Part shown: positions 1 through 13,066 of the stretch, in pieces | Layout of the letters: each line of letters opens with the position of its first letter | How positions within the stretch are numbered: position 1 is the first letter of the stretch | DNA from: Proteromonas lacertae | Taxonomy: Eukaryota | Length of the DNA stretch: 64,000 nt | Assembly (NCBI GenBank): GCA_002245135.1 | Contig: NGBS01000292.1 | Coordinates: forward strand, 62,001-126,000 | Direction: 5' to 3' | Made by a program: the position numbers and the translations under genes | The notes under the pieces: model-generated | Databases searched by the model: none | Told to the model about the DNA's origin: nothing | Seen by the model: only the letters and a program-made list of their open reading frames with translations

Positions 1-1157
1 TTAGTAGAAAAAGGAGATGGAAATTGTCTATTTCGTTCAATAAGCCATCAAATCTATGGAACTCCAGAAAATCATTTGATTGTTAGAAGAAAGTATTTAT
101 TATTTTATTTTTAATCTTTTTAGATGTTTAGAATATATGGTACAACGTAGAGCGTGGTATTCTTTGTTTATAGCACAAGATTTTGATGAATATATAACTG
201 AAAAAGCAAAAGATGGTACTTGGGGTGATGATCCAGAAATTCAAGCCTGTTGCGAGCTTTACAATCGACCAGCCGAAATTTGGGCATATAACCAAGAAGT
301 AGGTGCGAAACAATTAAAGACCTTTCATAGTCCAACTACTACTACAAGTACATCATCTCAATATCCAATCAGATTGAGTTATTATGGTGGTGGACATTAT
401 AATTCAATATCTAGTAGAGGTTATGAAAGATATTTTATTACTTCTCCACCTGGTCAATATGAAGATAATGTATTATCAATAACTGCAACATCACCAGAGA
501 TAGTTAATTTATCAACAACAACAACAACAACAACATCATTATTATTACCTGATATAGATCATCAATCAGTAGATTCATTATTACAACAGAATCTAGAATT
601 TTCAAAGAAAATATTGGAAGATTCTCTCTCTTATGATGTATATTATTATTATTATATTTGATTATATATAGAATGAAGTGCCTCCACCAATATCATCTGT
701 TGATAGAATGGCTGATTCTTTAGATGATACTCCTTCCATTTTCAATCATGAAAACTCTCCTCATTCTATTTTTATGAATAATAGTAATAATAATAATGAA
801 ATTGAACAAGAACCTCCTCCTCCTCCATATCCTTCGCAGCAACATGAAGAGAAAGAAGAAATGGAATATGATCAAGATGAAATAATGACGAAAGTAATAA
901 ATGAATCTTTAGCTGAAACGAATAATAACGATATAGAGAATCAACTTTTATCCAAAGCGATGGAAGAATCCATGACAGATATTGTATATGTTATTATCAA
1001 TATTATTATGAAATAGAATCGAATAAATAATAATAGTGTTGAAATGTGGATTTGTAACAGTTGTACTTATCGTAATAGTGGTTTAAGTGAATATTGTGAA
1101 ATGTGTGGAGAACCTTCTGATGAAACAAAAGCAATTCAATTATCTTTGATGAAATAA
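1..1157 (+). CDS. OTU-family deubiquitinase with UIM-like segments and a C-terminal RanBP2/NZF zinc finger (5' end outside window)
   Basis: GDGNCLFRSISHQIYG (catalytic Cys), WGDDPEIQA, LSYYGGGHYNS (His). Last exon reads WICNSCTYRN...CEMC. GT-AG introns at about 93-123, 638-671 and 984-1016. Confidence 0.9.
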
Positions 1158-1209
1158 AAATGATAATTAACAGTTATTTAAATATTTATTGTTTATTTTA
1201 TCACTAAAC

Positions 1210-2286
1210 CTGAGTTCGGCGGGGACAGGGACAAAAAGGACATGTCCGGGACATGTCCGGGACAAGAGTATGATAAAGGACAGTAATTTGTCCCTTTTGT
1301 AAACATTTGATATTACCTTTTTGTAATATAAATAAATTATGTGTTTTTTTTGTTTATTAAAACATTTATAAGTAAGAATAAAGATAATTAATAATAACAT
1401 TGATAATCTGGACTACCTTCTTCACTTTGCTCATCATCTTCTTTACTTATTACTTCCACATTAGTAATTTCTCTATTTTCATCTTCATCACCTCCTACAT
1501 TTTGTTCTTATTCTCTCTTATTTCTCTCAACTAATTCATACTTTAATCTCATAATGTTATTAATAGTATCTAAGTTTAATCTATTTCTCCTGTATGAATG
1601 TATTACTCTTTCGATGGAGAAAATTCTCTCAATAAAAGAGCTTGAACATTAAACATGGTATTGTTGATATAATGTCATAGATTTTCTTTAAATTTCTAAA
1701 GTATATCTCATATGTTGTAAAGCATATATCGATTGAAATACTTTCGCGAAAAATGGAAGAAGGTAAATAATATATGATATTAAAAATGCAAGAACTCGAG
1801 TTAATCAAGCATTTTTTCTTTTTTTCTACTTTTTATTTGTATTTAATCCAGGCATATTTTATAGTACAAATTAGTGCAATGATAAGCATGTATCATGTGA
1901 AGTTCTGTTATGTGATGAGTGTTTGTAAATGGGGATATTCTTCATTAAACTATACAGAGTTATCTAAGTGGTATAAGTGGGTTAAATATTATTCATAGAT
2001 ATAGCAAATATGGCTTAAATGGATTTTCAAAAGATATTATTTAGGATATACAAAAATGACTTGAGTATAGTATGTAATACTTAATATTAAGCTTATTTAA
2101 TGCTATTGCAGAATATTTTTATTAAAAAAACAGAAACTTAAACTCAAAAATATAGGACAAAAAAGGACGTGTTAAACTACACGTCCCGGGACAAAGAGGA
2201 CATGTGTAATCAACGAGAAGTTTTCGTGTATGAAAAGGACAAGGGACGGGACAAAACACAAAAGGACGTCCCGTTGCCGAACTCAG
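1210..2286 (-). mobile_element. Non-autonomous hAT-superfamily DNA transposon
   Basis: Perfect 11-bp TIR CTGAGTTCGGC (1210-1220) / GCCGAACTCAG (2276-2286). 8-bp direct repeat CACTAAAC at 1202-1209 and 2287-2294. GGACA/GGGAC subterminal repeats at both ends. Confidence 0.93.
1508..1660 (-). pseudogene. hAT transposase C-terminal dimerization-domain remnant
   Basis: Translates CSSSFIERIFSIERVIHSYRRNRLNLDTINNIMRLK, matching the hAT SSxxERxFS...RNRL motif. Flanked by stops and frameshifts. Confidence 0.85.
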
Positions 2287-2341
2287 CACTAAACTAAGGA
2301 AAACACAGAACAATATATGTAAGAGGATAATGTTCTTATCA

Positions 2342-3506
2342 TTATTGAATATTATCTAATTTGATTTTCTCAATAAATGAAAATGTATCTAAAAAAATAT
2401 TTTAATTCTGATTTATCTATGTCTTCTTTTAATGTTATTGATAAATCTTCTAAACAATCGAACACTTCTTGGTTTTCTTTAAATAATCTAACAGCTTCAT
2501 CATCAATAATACTGCTAATATTCTTTCATTTGGTTTATTATTATACGACTTTATCAAATCATCTCGAATATTTTGGTAGAAATATATTGGGAAATAAAAA
2601 TATTTTATCATCATTACTATATAATATTTCTTTTCTTTCTTCACATATCATCATATTATTTTCATTATCTCTCACAATTTCTCTCATTTTTATTACCACT
2701 TTTCTCAAATCTTTTAAACTCAATCTATCTTCACTCTTCACTTTTAACACTCTATCTATCATCTCTTTCATTTTATTATCACATTTCACATCTAAACTGT
2801 ATTTACATCTCATAATATTATCCATTGTATTATTTATACTATTATCTTCATTAAATGGTAATTTCTTACAAATTATTTCATATAATATACATCCAATTGA
2901 CCAAATCACAGTTTTACTATTACATTCTAAACCATTCAACACTTCTGGGCTTTTGAAATTTACATCATATATTCTAAATTCTTCTTCTTTTCTTAGTGTA
3001 TTAAGGTTTAAATCACATATCTTTATATTGTTATTCACATCATACACAACATTACTAATCTTCAAATTACCTATCACTACATCAGAATCATTCAATATCA
3101 TCATTATATCACATATTCTACATACAGCTCTTACAATATCAGCATTTGACATACTTTCACTCTTAAACACCTCTTTTAAATCTCGAGTATAATACATTCT
3201 CTCATATATCATCACATTATCTCCGATTATTGATAGTCTGGAGGGAATAGTATAAAATGAACTAAAATCTAACAACAAAGAGTTGTTCTCTGAGAATTTT
3301 AATATTATTTTCTCTTTGACATTACCAATGTCTATGATCTTCATCATTTTTATATCATTTTGTTTTTCTATCACAAAATCTACTTCATTAACACTTTTTT
3401 CAACCCTCTGTTTTATCTATAAATATAAATCAACAAATATACATCAGTTTCAGATGGCAATATTGAGCATATTACATCATCTACAAAAGATTTTAAGGCA
3501 AAACAT
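2342..3506 (-). pseudogene. Pseudokinase-LRR family pseudogene with the LRR region deleted
   Basis: Paralog of 14872-16272 and 34338-37682 (GNLKISNV, ICDL, SPE, WSIGCILYE). Frameshift just after the ATG and near 2590. Post-kinase sequence joins directly to the family's extreme C-terminus. Confidence 0.8.
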
Positions 3507-3636
3507 TTTCAAACCTGTTTGATAATTTTTCAAAATATTTACTCGTTTCAATTTTGTTTTATAAAGTTAATAATGATTCTTATTACAATATCTGATTAAA
3601 ATTCAAAATTATTACATAAATTCAGTAAACTAATAA

Positions 3637-4506
3637 TTAAAAAATTAAACAATTCGAACCTTTCTTATTTCGATATTTTATCATCGCATTTATTGTTTCT
3701 TTTATTTCATAATTACTAGTCTTATAAAGAACTTGTTGAAGATATATTGGAATTTGATAAGATTCTAAATCACTCTCAACATTCACATCAGTACAGAGTA
3801 TTGAAAGTCCTTTTACACAATATAATTGAATCATCACATTTGAATTATCCAAATTGTTAATCAAAGGATATACACCTTTTTCACTTATGAATAATTTATG
3901 AAATTTGATTGAAACGGTTAAAAGATTATTCATTAAAAGTAATAAACACATTTTTACTTCATCTTCTTTTGTTCGATTAAATATGGAAATCAGTTTATTG
4001 AATCCATTGAATTGAATTGCCAAATCACTCGAAAACACATTATCTATTATATATAAAATAAAATAAAAAAAGATAAGAAAACACATACTATAGGTTATAT
4101 TCATTAGACTTGATAGTAGAATAATCACTAGATTTTTGTTATTATAATTTGACATTAAAACATCTAATATTGTGGGTATAAAATTGAGATTACATAGTTT
4201 ATTCTGATATACTTCACCACTTCCTGCTATATTTCGCTATTATAGCTACAACATAATATAATATAATATCAGATCTCATTGTATTCATTAATTTATATAA
4301 TAGTGGAAGCAAACCAAAACTGATTAACTCTTCTTGAATATTTATATCTTCTATTATTATTACAATATAAATAAACAATACCTGAAGTAATATTTGTCAG
4401 AACAATTAGTATATAATAAATAAAATCATTATTACCATTCGATAAAAGAGTGAATAATAAATGAGTGGCATTGTTCTCTGAGAAGTATTTATGTGATTCT
4501 AAATTA

Positions 4507-4563
<57 letters not shown>

Positions 4564-6790
4564 CCATATGTAATATTTGCTAAACATGAAATAACATATT
4601 TCTGTAATTGAATATTATCAATATACATATTCTTAATAAGAATAGTAACACCTTCAACTTCACAGAGATGTTTACGACTTGGTTCATCTATATAATATAT
4701 AAATAAAATACACAAATACAGTGTAGTACATTAATCAGTGTTTCACATGACTTTATCTTTCTATCAATATTTGGGTTATTTAAACTGATTAATAGCGTTT
4801 CAATTCCTCCATTATCAAAGATTAAAGTGCAAATATTCTCGTCTAATAATAATAATTATAATAACAATAATAATATATACTATAAGATAATATAGACATA
4901 ATATTTAAGGAATATTTACATATTGATTCATTATAAGAAACTGATAAACCAATTAATAATGAGATATATTTCTTATCATTGAATAATTCTATAGTTTCTT
5001 TTACTATTACATAATAATAATAATAATAATATATATATATATATATATACAGGATAACATATTGATTAAGGCAGATAGTATATTAGTTTGAATATCTTCA
5101 CTATCACATGATAAAAACTGTAATAAGATTTGAATTCCTCCACTAATGTAGAATAGAAACTTATTATTCTCATTTTCTAATCAAAAAGACAAAAACTATA
5201 TATATATACGATAACATAGGTTTTTGAAGATAATTGGTATATTTGTAATTACAGCAATGTTGTTGATAGTAGTCAAAAGTGATAATAACAATTCAAATAT
5301 ATTGTTATTGATCATAATATCATTATTTTCTTTATAATATGACAGTTTACATATCATTTGTATAGCAAAATATTGGATTTTATTGTTATCATTGTTTAAG
5401 TATAACAATATTTGTGTAACATGTTGAGAATTGATTCTAACTAATATGTTTTCGTCTATTTAATAAAATATAAAGACATTAATATAATACTGTTTGATAA
5501 GATATTCAGTAGATTCATTAGGAACAATGTTAATTCATTATTTGACTTATTGTCTGTTAATATTTCAGATATTTTGATTAATAATCCATCTATTATTATA
5601 TCCGTTTCGTCTTTATTTCCTTCCCTAAATGATTTTTCTATTATTTCATTCAATTTCTCACCTAATCGCATACTTTCGATATACTCAGTAAAATCTTTAA
5701 ACAATATAATTAAACAATATATACTTTCTTTACCATACACACTCACTATCATTTCAAAGGATCTAATACATTCGTTTATATCTTTATACATCTGAAGGAA
5801 TGATATTAATAATATATTGTCTTGAGTTAGACCTTCTAAATTAATTACTAAAAGGAATAACAATAAAGTATACATTGATATTGTCTAGTGTGTTTATTAT
5901 AACTTTTATTTTCAATTATATCTTTAATATATAACGACAGTTGAGAAATTTCTGGAGTTTCTTCTTCTTCTTCTTTTTGATTGGATATTTCAAATCCTTC
6001 ATCTATACATAATTTATAATATATATATATATATATATATAATTATTATACAGTTATTTGGTATATTTGACCATTGTATTTCCTGTAACAACTTCTTACA
6101 ATTCACTACAATCGCTTCTCTATCATTTGTTGTATCAAAACTTATTATATAATTGATATATGATTTTAAACCTTCATAAATATAAGTTTCAGTAGGGATT
6201 ATCAGATTTTCATATGTAAGGATGTGATGAAGTAAATTATAATCTACTATACCACTGTTTACTATATATATAACATTATTATTATATTTTTATTATTATA
6301 CATTTTGAGAAGACTACTTCAGCATGGTTGTGAATATTTTCGAGGATTGAATCATGAAATGGAGAGAGATATGATTGTTCTATTTGTGGATATAGTTTGA
6401 TACACATTACTATATCATTTATATTATATTTTATAAATCTAATTCATAAAATAATATTCAAATCTGTTATACTCATAACATTTTTGTTGCAGTGACAATA
6501 TTTGATATGTATTTGAGTAACTAAGCATAGAAACAATGTCATCAGATGATAAATTAAGCTTAAAGATATACAATAGAGAATACTATGCCAATGTGAAGAA
6601 AATCCAATATTCTGACAAATATAGATGGATCTACATCATTTATTTCAATAAAACTATCATTATTTTCTTTGATTAAATTATAAAACCAAGGTGAAGATGA
6701 TATTAATGTGCATTTGGAAACTTTAATGTCTACACTATTTATTCGCAATGTAATGTCGCCAAATTCTCTATAAGTTGGGAGAATATCCAT
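3637..6790 (-). CDS. BTB/POZ plus armadillo-repeat protein (many short introns)
   Basis: N-terminal GDITLRI...SSSPWF...IEINDVDPSIFVRILDFLH BTB. Downstream exons give ARM repeats (GVTILI..CLANIT, GVYPLI). One apparent +1 base near 4233. Confidence 0.8.
4509..4560. repeat. (TA)n microsatellite inside an intron
   Basis: Uninterrupted TA run of about 52 nt within the intron at about 4508-4564. Confidence 0.95.
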
Positions 6791-6851
6791 CTACTTCAGC
6801 AGAAAAACACCAAAGTAAGAACAAACCAAAGCTTGAATGATTAATGATATT

Positions 6852-7543
6852 TTAGTCATTCTATAGTGATAATAAAAAAACCCAACAACAACAGTATAAT
6901 CAAATTTAGTAAATACTCTATATGCATTTACCAATATTTGATCACAATTATTAACATTGTACTGTGGTACTTGTTTTATAAACGGAATTTCTAATTTATT
7001 ATTCTCATAAGCAAAATATCCTTCAAAACATTGTTTCTATAATAGTTATTATTATATTATAATAATACTCGAAGGAAGTATGGCATCCAGTGTTCGTCGT
7101 CTGGCCACATTTTTTCATAAGGAAGTTTATTTACATCAAACCATTTTGATTTCATTTCATTACTTTCAATTAATTCTCCACTAAAATGATCAGCTCTAAA
7201 TACATGAATCTCTTCATATTTCTTTGGATTAACACCTTTTTGATATTCTAACAACAGTATTCCATACGGTGTTATATTTTTTGTAATAAGTCCAGTTTCT
7301 TCTTTCATTTCTCTCTTCATAATAAATAATTAAAATATACAATTGCTGCAGTTTCAAATGTTTCTCCCTTTTCAACTTTACCTCCTATTCCATTGTATTT
7401 GCCTTTGCCAAAACCATCCTTTTTATATCCTAGTAGTACTTTTGATCCAGTTTTATTAAATAGATATAGCAATGTTGATTTCTATAAATTGTAAATCACA
7501 ACAAATATACTCTACGAGAAAAATAAATCTTAGCAAACTCCAT
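6852..7543 (-). CDS. NUDT1: Nudix hydrolase, MTH1/NUDT1-like (3' end ambiguous)
   Basis: Spliced [38 protein letters not shown]udix box, and [10 protein letters not shown]. Confidence 0.85.
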
Positions 7544-7753
7544 TAATGAGAAAAATGTCAATTTTAATATTTATTTTGAACAAACAAGTTTGTTTATTAA
7601 TCATTCATTTTTTCTTCATTAACATTTCAATAATAATTTCAGACTTATCCCAAAACAAAAATATTAATTCTAAGAACACGAAATTAAAAGAAATTCAGGC
7701 TAAGTACATTATGTCTAATATGAAACTGTATAAATAATGTATAGTTTGTTAAT

Positions 7754-8478
7754 TTATTTGATAAATACATCCAAATCAGCGTTATGTTCGACTAATTCAT
7801 CTAATTTACATGTGATATATGTGATTTGTTTTTGTAATTGGGATGAAGTTGGTCTTTCCATAAGTTTGATTGATTTCTTTATCATGTTGCGTTCGTTTGT
7901 TAATTTAAGTAAAGCATACCTTTCACCAAAAGAATCTCCAAAAGATAGTATATTAATCGGATAATTATTTTGGTTTTGTCCTTGTGTGCAAGAAATATAC
8001 CTGATTTCGTTTGAGAATGCACTCCACTTCCAAAACAATGGATTTTGAGGGAAGAGTGGTTCGTAAAGGGATCGAGCAGATATTATTCGAATGCCTTGGA
8101 GGTAGGGTACAACTCTGGGTAAAAATACTTTGGCACTATACTCAACCCAGCCATTCTCTGAATTTGTGATGATCACGACTGTGCCGAGTGATTTTGCCTT
8201 TGTTAATAACTCAATTACAGCGGTTTCTAAAAGGGTTAGTTGGTCTTGTAGTTCCTGTGAAATAACAGCATTTTCTTCTGACATTCCTTGTAAAACAAGA
8301 TAGGTTGAACAACAGAGAGTATCATCCCAGTCAAATATAAGAACTAAATATCAAAAATTCACTCTATACCTGATTGAGAGAAGGTTGATTTTTGATACTG
8401 TTGAACAGGGTCTGTTATTACAGTAACTGGTGAATGAGGTAATTCTAAAGGGATTTCACTACTTACAACAGCTGTCAT
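7754..8478 (-). CDS. HAD-superfamily-like protein (DWDDT motif)
   Basis: Spliced LIFDWDDTL, IITNSENGWV, ISARS, SFGDSFGER. Confidence 0.75.
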
Positions 8479-9051
8479 TGTGTAATAATATCTATAAAAA
8501 CACTAAGAAAGTCTAGAAAAAACTGACCCTATTTTTTGAAAAATCTAAAATACGAATAGACATATAGGCTTTCTTCTTTAGTTTTCGATTATTAAGTCTT
8601 AGTGCAATTTTTTTAAAGTCTGTTACACGAATAAACAATCTTTAGAGCATAGCAATTTGGATATGTTTGTTTGATTCATAATTGTTTTGAGATAAATAAG
8701 TAATGCACGATGATAAGTAATGAAGTATGTGCTTTGAATTGTTAGATACACTTTATTTTTATGCTTTTGAACTTTGAATAAGCTTTTTTAAAAAAAAGCA
8801 TGCTCATAATACTGCATTTAGAAGATTATAAGCGAAATCATAATAAAGTAAATACTTTTTCTATTAATGTATAACCATTTTACTGAGCAGTTTTTTTCCC
8901 CCATACTTTATTTATACACTTAAAAGAAGATACTTAACGAATTACATAAATAGAAATTCTTACAAAGACTTTTATAGAGAAATAACATCATACATTCAAC
9001 AATATTTAAAAAACAAATAATATTAATAGCAATAATTAAACATTCTTTTAA

Positions 9052-11680
9052 TTAGAATGTAAATAACTTACTAAACTTATTTCCGCTTTCCTCCACTTTC
9101 AATCCACTTTGTTTTATCATTTCTAATCTTTCTCTATTCCCCAATCCTCTTATTATCAATATTTTATTCAATTCATCTCCACTTCCATCACTCAACATAA
9201 TTAAGAAGTTTTCACACACTCTATCAATAGGAACACCTAATAATTTTATATATATTTCACTTCTTGTTAATAATTTATTCACTAATCTTGTATAAATAGA
9301 GGGAATAGTAAGATCATCATCTTTCTCTTCTTCTCGAAGATTCATCAGCGGTAACTTCGATAGAATATTCTTTATTTCAGTAAAATCAATTAATAACTGT
9401 TCACTTCCCTTCTCGCTTATTTTTTTGAATTTAAAGATACTGTTATTATATCGAGGAATAAATTCATTTAAAAATTTATCACAAAATGAACGGAAATAAG
9501 TATTACTCAAATTCAATCGAATTGATGGAATTCTATCGTTTAAAACACTTCTCATATCTTCAACATAATCACTCACTTCTTCTTTACTGTCATTTGAACT
9601 ATTCCAATTCTTACTGACCATTTTATCAAAACTGTTTTCTAAATCATAAACTACACTCTTTACTAATATCGTTATACAACTTGAACATAATTCATAATAT
9701 TTCTCGTTTATTGAATCTTCTAGTTTTATTTCATCTTGATACTTTTCATTGATGGATCGAACTATTAGTTTATCAATAGATGGTGAAATATCAGCTACAG
9801 CTTCACCTGTGTTTAAGATATTACATATAAATGTATAATCCTCTTTGTTTTTCATTACATAATAATCACCACCATTTACAATGAAGAATTAAAGAAATAC
9901 AAATACTTCAAAAAAATAAAAATAAAAAATATATAATAAAAAAATGATATAATTGGAAGAGGTTTTTGGTTGAGGCAATCTCTTATTCAAAGTTTCACAA
10001 TAATTCATCAAACATAATACAATTCTTTGATAAATTTCATAAAATATTTTTCCAGTATTCAACGTACTACATTCTTGTATAACAGCTCTTACTGTCTTTA
10101 ATATATTTTGAAAACTACTTAATACATATAATCCACCATTATTCATCAATCCTTTATCATCTAAACTACTATCAACTATATTATTCAATATATTCTCTTT
10201 TAACATTATATAATCATTCATATAATCTTCAAATACATTTGTTATCATTCCTTCAGGTGATTGCAATTTGTCTATATCTTCTTCTTCTTCTTCTTCTTCA
10301 TTTTCTTTATCATTTTCTTTATTCTTTTGTTTATTCTTTGCTTTTAACTTTCTTCTAATTCTATCACTTGCATTACCAACATCATCATCATCATCATCAA
10401 ATTCATTATCATTTTCATCATCAAATAAACTCATCGCCTTTCTTTCAAACACTATACTTTGCTTTAAAGCTGTAATCATCTCTCCTATATCTATATGTTG
10501 TTCAACTTTCATTATTTCACCATTATCTTTAAACTCTTCTCTTGGTTTTAACATCATTTCGTAATGCTTACGAGTTATTAATAAAAACTGAATACAAAGT
10601 CTAGCCTTCATTTTCCAGTGAGTTGGAAATATTGCCTCATATATATTTCCATATTTCTTTAATACTTTTTTGAAGAATGTAAATCGACGAATAACATTTT
10701 TAAAGTTTGATTCTTGTTTGCTAACTGCTGGATAAAACATTTGTCCATAGGCTTGAAGTTGATTGTTAGAGAATTTATTGATTAATTCCATTTTTATGGA
10801 TTTATCTAGATGATCTAATACTAAACAAGCATATTTCAATTTCATTTTTAAATTTTCTATTTCTTCATATTCTGGATCATCTACATCAATAAAATCTTTG
10901 TTAATTGATTCTATTTCACTAAAATCAGCTAATATGATTATTCCAAATTTATTTTTTATATCTCTTACTCGATCTTCAATATCTTTAATCTTTTTTACAC
11001 TTTCATATTCTTTAAATACTTTTGATATTTCATTTACTGCACTTATTACAGTTGATGCTTTTTCATAATCTCTATTAATACAATATGATTCTAACTCATC
11101 TAATGATTTCACTAACATTTGCAAACGTTCTAAAGCAGCTGTACTAGAACTTAAGTGTTTCTTTGCTATATCTAATTTCTTTATATCCCTATTAATATAA
11201 TAAACATAAAAAATATGATATACTTGCAAATATCTTCCACCATTACTTCACTTTGATTCGCTTTATCGTGAATTTCATTAATTTTATCACATAGAGTCTC
11301 TATAGCTCCTTTTGCTCTTTCTAATTCTTCTTCTGCTTCTTTTCCAGCTGTTGATTGTTGTTTCACCTATGAGTTTTTAAATGAAAAATATCAAAATCTA
11401 TACAGCTTCATTAATATCTCTATCTAGCTTTATTATTGCTTCATCCAGGTTTTCTCTATATGATTTCAGTTTATTTAATGAGTTTTCATCAGGAAACTAT
11501 ATTTTACGTGTAAATAAAATACTTTATTATTGATATATTCGATTGGATCAAAATCTGGAGCATCTAGTGGATCATTGCTTGAAATCACCTATTCATTCTA
11601 TATTTCTATTAGTATACAGATGATATAGCATTTTCAACCTCAGGAGAGAATACTATTAACTTAGGTTCTTCTTTATTCAT
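9052..11680 (-). CDS. VPS53: GARP/EARP subunit Vps53
   Basis: DPLDAPDFDPIEYIN..FPDE, KANQSEVMVEDIC..IKKLDIAKKHL, IFPTHW, ILNTGE, QLLID. Confidence 0.93.
9876..9950 (-). other. U12-type intron, AT-AA termini (VPS53)
   Basis: 5' ATATCATTTT, branch-like TTTCTTTAAT, 3' TGTAA. Removal joins SSN-Y-GGDYYVMKNK in frame. Confidence 0.7.
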
Positions 11681-11723
11681 GAAAAAGATCTTTCAAGAAT
11701 CGAGCCTAAAGCTTGAATTGTGA

Positions 11724-12554
11724 ATGAAGAAAAAAGATAAAACCAGACTGATGTATTACTCTGTAGCTGTTGTTTTAATTTGTATTGCAATACCTGTTGT
11801 ATATTCTTGGAGTATGAAAAATAAAGGTATTATGAAACTTGATTTTACGATAAAAAGAACTATACCACATGATAAAGATTCTTTTCTGTATATTTTTTGT
11901 AATTAAAGCATTAGACAAGGCTTCGAGTATTATAATGGTTTCATTTATGAAACTACAGGCTTATATGGTAAGTCTATTGTTAAAAAAGTTAATCCAGATA
12001 CAGGTGATGTAATTAAATTTGTTAAATTGGAAGATAAGTATTTTGGTGAAGGTTGTACCATTTTCAATAACAAACTCTATGTAGTGACTTGGAAAGAAAG
12101 AACAGGATTTATATTTAATCCAGATACATTAGAAAAAGAAAGTCAATTTTCTTTTAAAAGCACTAGAAATGAAGGATGGGGATTAACTCACGATGATAAG
12201 TATTTAATAATGTCAGATGGTTCTAATAATCTTCATTACTATGATAAAAACTTTAAATATATAAAGAAAGTTCAGGTACGTTATCAACAACAACCAATTA
12301 ATAGTTTAAATGAGTTAGAAAATATAAATGGTTTAATTTGGGCTAATATATGGTATAAGAATTTTATTGTCATAATTAATCCATCGAATGGTGAAGTTGT
12401 ACATACCGTTGATTGTAAAGAGATAGTAAAGAATAAGGGATACAGTGGAGATGTTTTAAATGGGATTTTGTATTACAATAATGAAGTTTATTTAAGCGGT
12501 AAACTATGGAATAAAATATTTGTTGTTGATTTTCCTCAATTACCCAAAAAATAA
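11724..12554 (+). CDS. Glutaminyl-peptide cyclotransferase (plant/bacterial beta-propeller type) with N-terminal signal anchor
   Basis: HD..F.QG, ETTGLYG, FGEG, EGWGLT, SDGS, LNELE, ANIW, VLNGI, GKLW. One short intron near 11888-11914. Confidence 0.9.
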
Positions 12555-12624
12555 GTGTTATAATTTATTTATTTATTTTGTTTGTATTTATTTTTCACAT
12601 TTTAATCAACTTTTAATCAATACT

Positions 12625-12960
12625 TTAATATAAATGTACTAAACCATAAAGCAATGTCCAAAATAGGACAAAACTCAAAAAAGTATCACTTAATCCACCA
12701 ATGATAAAACCGCTGAAAGTCATCGGTATGTAATTATTTAATTTGGAGTGAAATTTGAATTGAATAATTATAACTGATAATAGTACATTTGCAACAATAT
12801 AATATAGAAATCCTATATAACCTGTTATACCCAAAATACCAATAATGCATCCTAGAATGATTATCATGTACGCTCTAATATTTGACACCTCTTTCATGTT
12901 ATTCATAACTGCAAGTGGATTTAATGTGATTTGATTGGATATAATTGAAGAAGATTTCAT
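12625..12960 (-). CDS. EMC6: ER membrane complex subunit 6
   Basis: NN..V..IR, GCIIGILGITGYIGFLYY, FVLFWTLLYGLVHLY. Confidence 0.9.
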   Translation of the reverse strand: MKSSSIISNQITLNPLAVMNNMKEVSNIRAYMIIILGCIIGILGITGYIGFLYYIVANVLLSVIIIQFKFHSKLNNYIPMTFSGFIIGGLSDTFLSFVLFWTLLYGLVHLY

Positions 12961-13066
12961 TATTGATTGAAAAATTACAAAAAAATAAAATTGATGTTTG
13001 AAAGAATCAAGCCTACTTATTTTCATCTCATAAAGCAAGACAGATAACAACAATAATTATAATAAT

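Noticed and set aside
1222..1285. GGGACATGTCCGGGACA repeats as a possible CRISPR array or independent repeat locus
   Set aside because: No spacers; explained as hAT subterminal repeats in a eukaryotic genome.
2377..3192. Long plus-strand hydrophobic ORF (also 15479-16087, 33786-34193, 10268-10564, 62214-62516)
   Set aside because: Antisense shadows of real genes on the opposite strand; low-complexity S/F/L/I content.
8790..8905. TGCTCA/TGAGCA pairing as a possible structured RNA
   Set aside because: Only a short stem; no recognisable boxes or family features.
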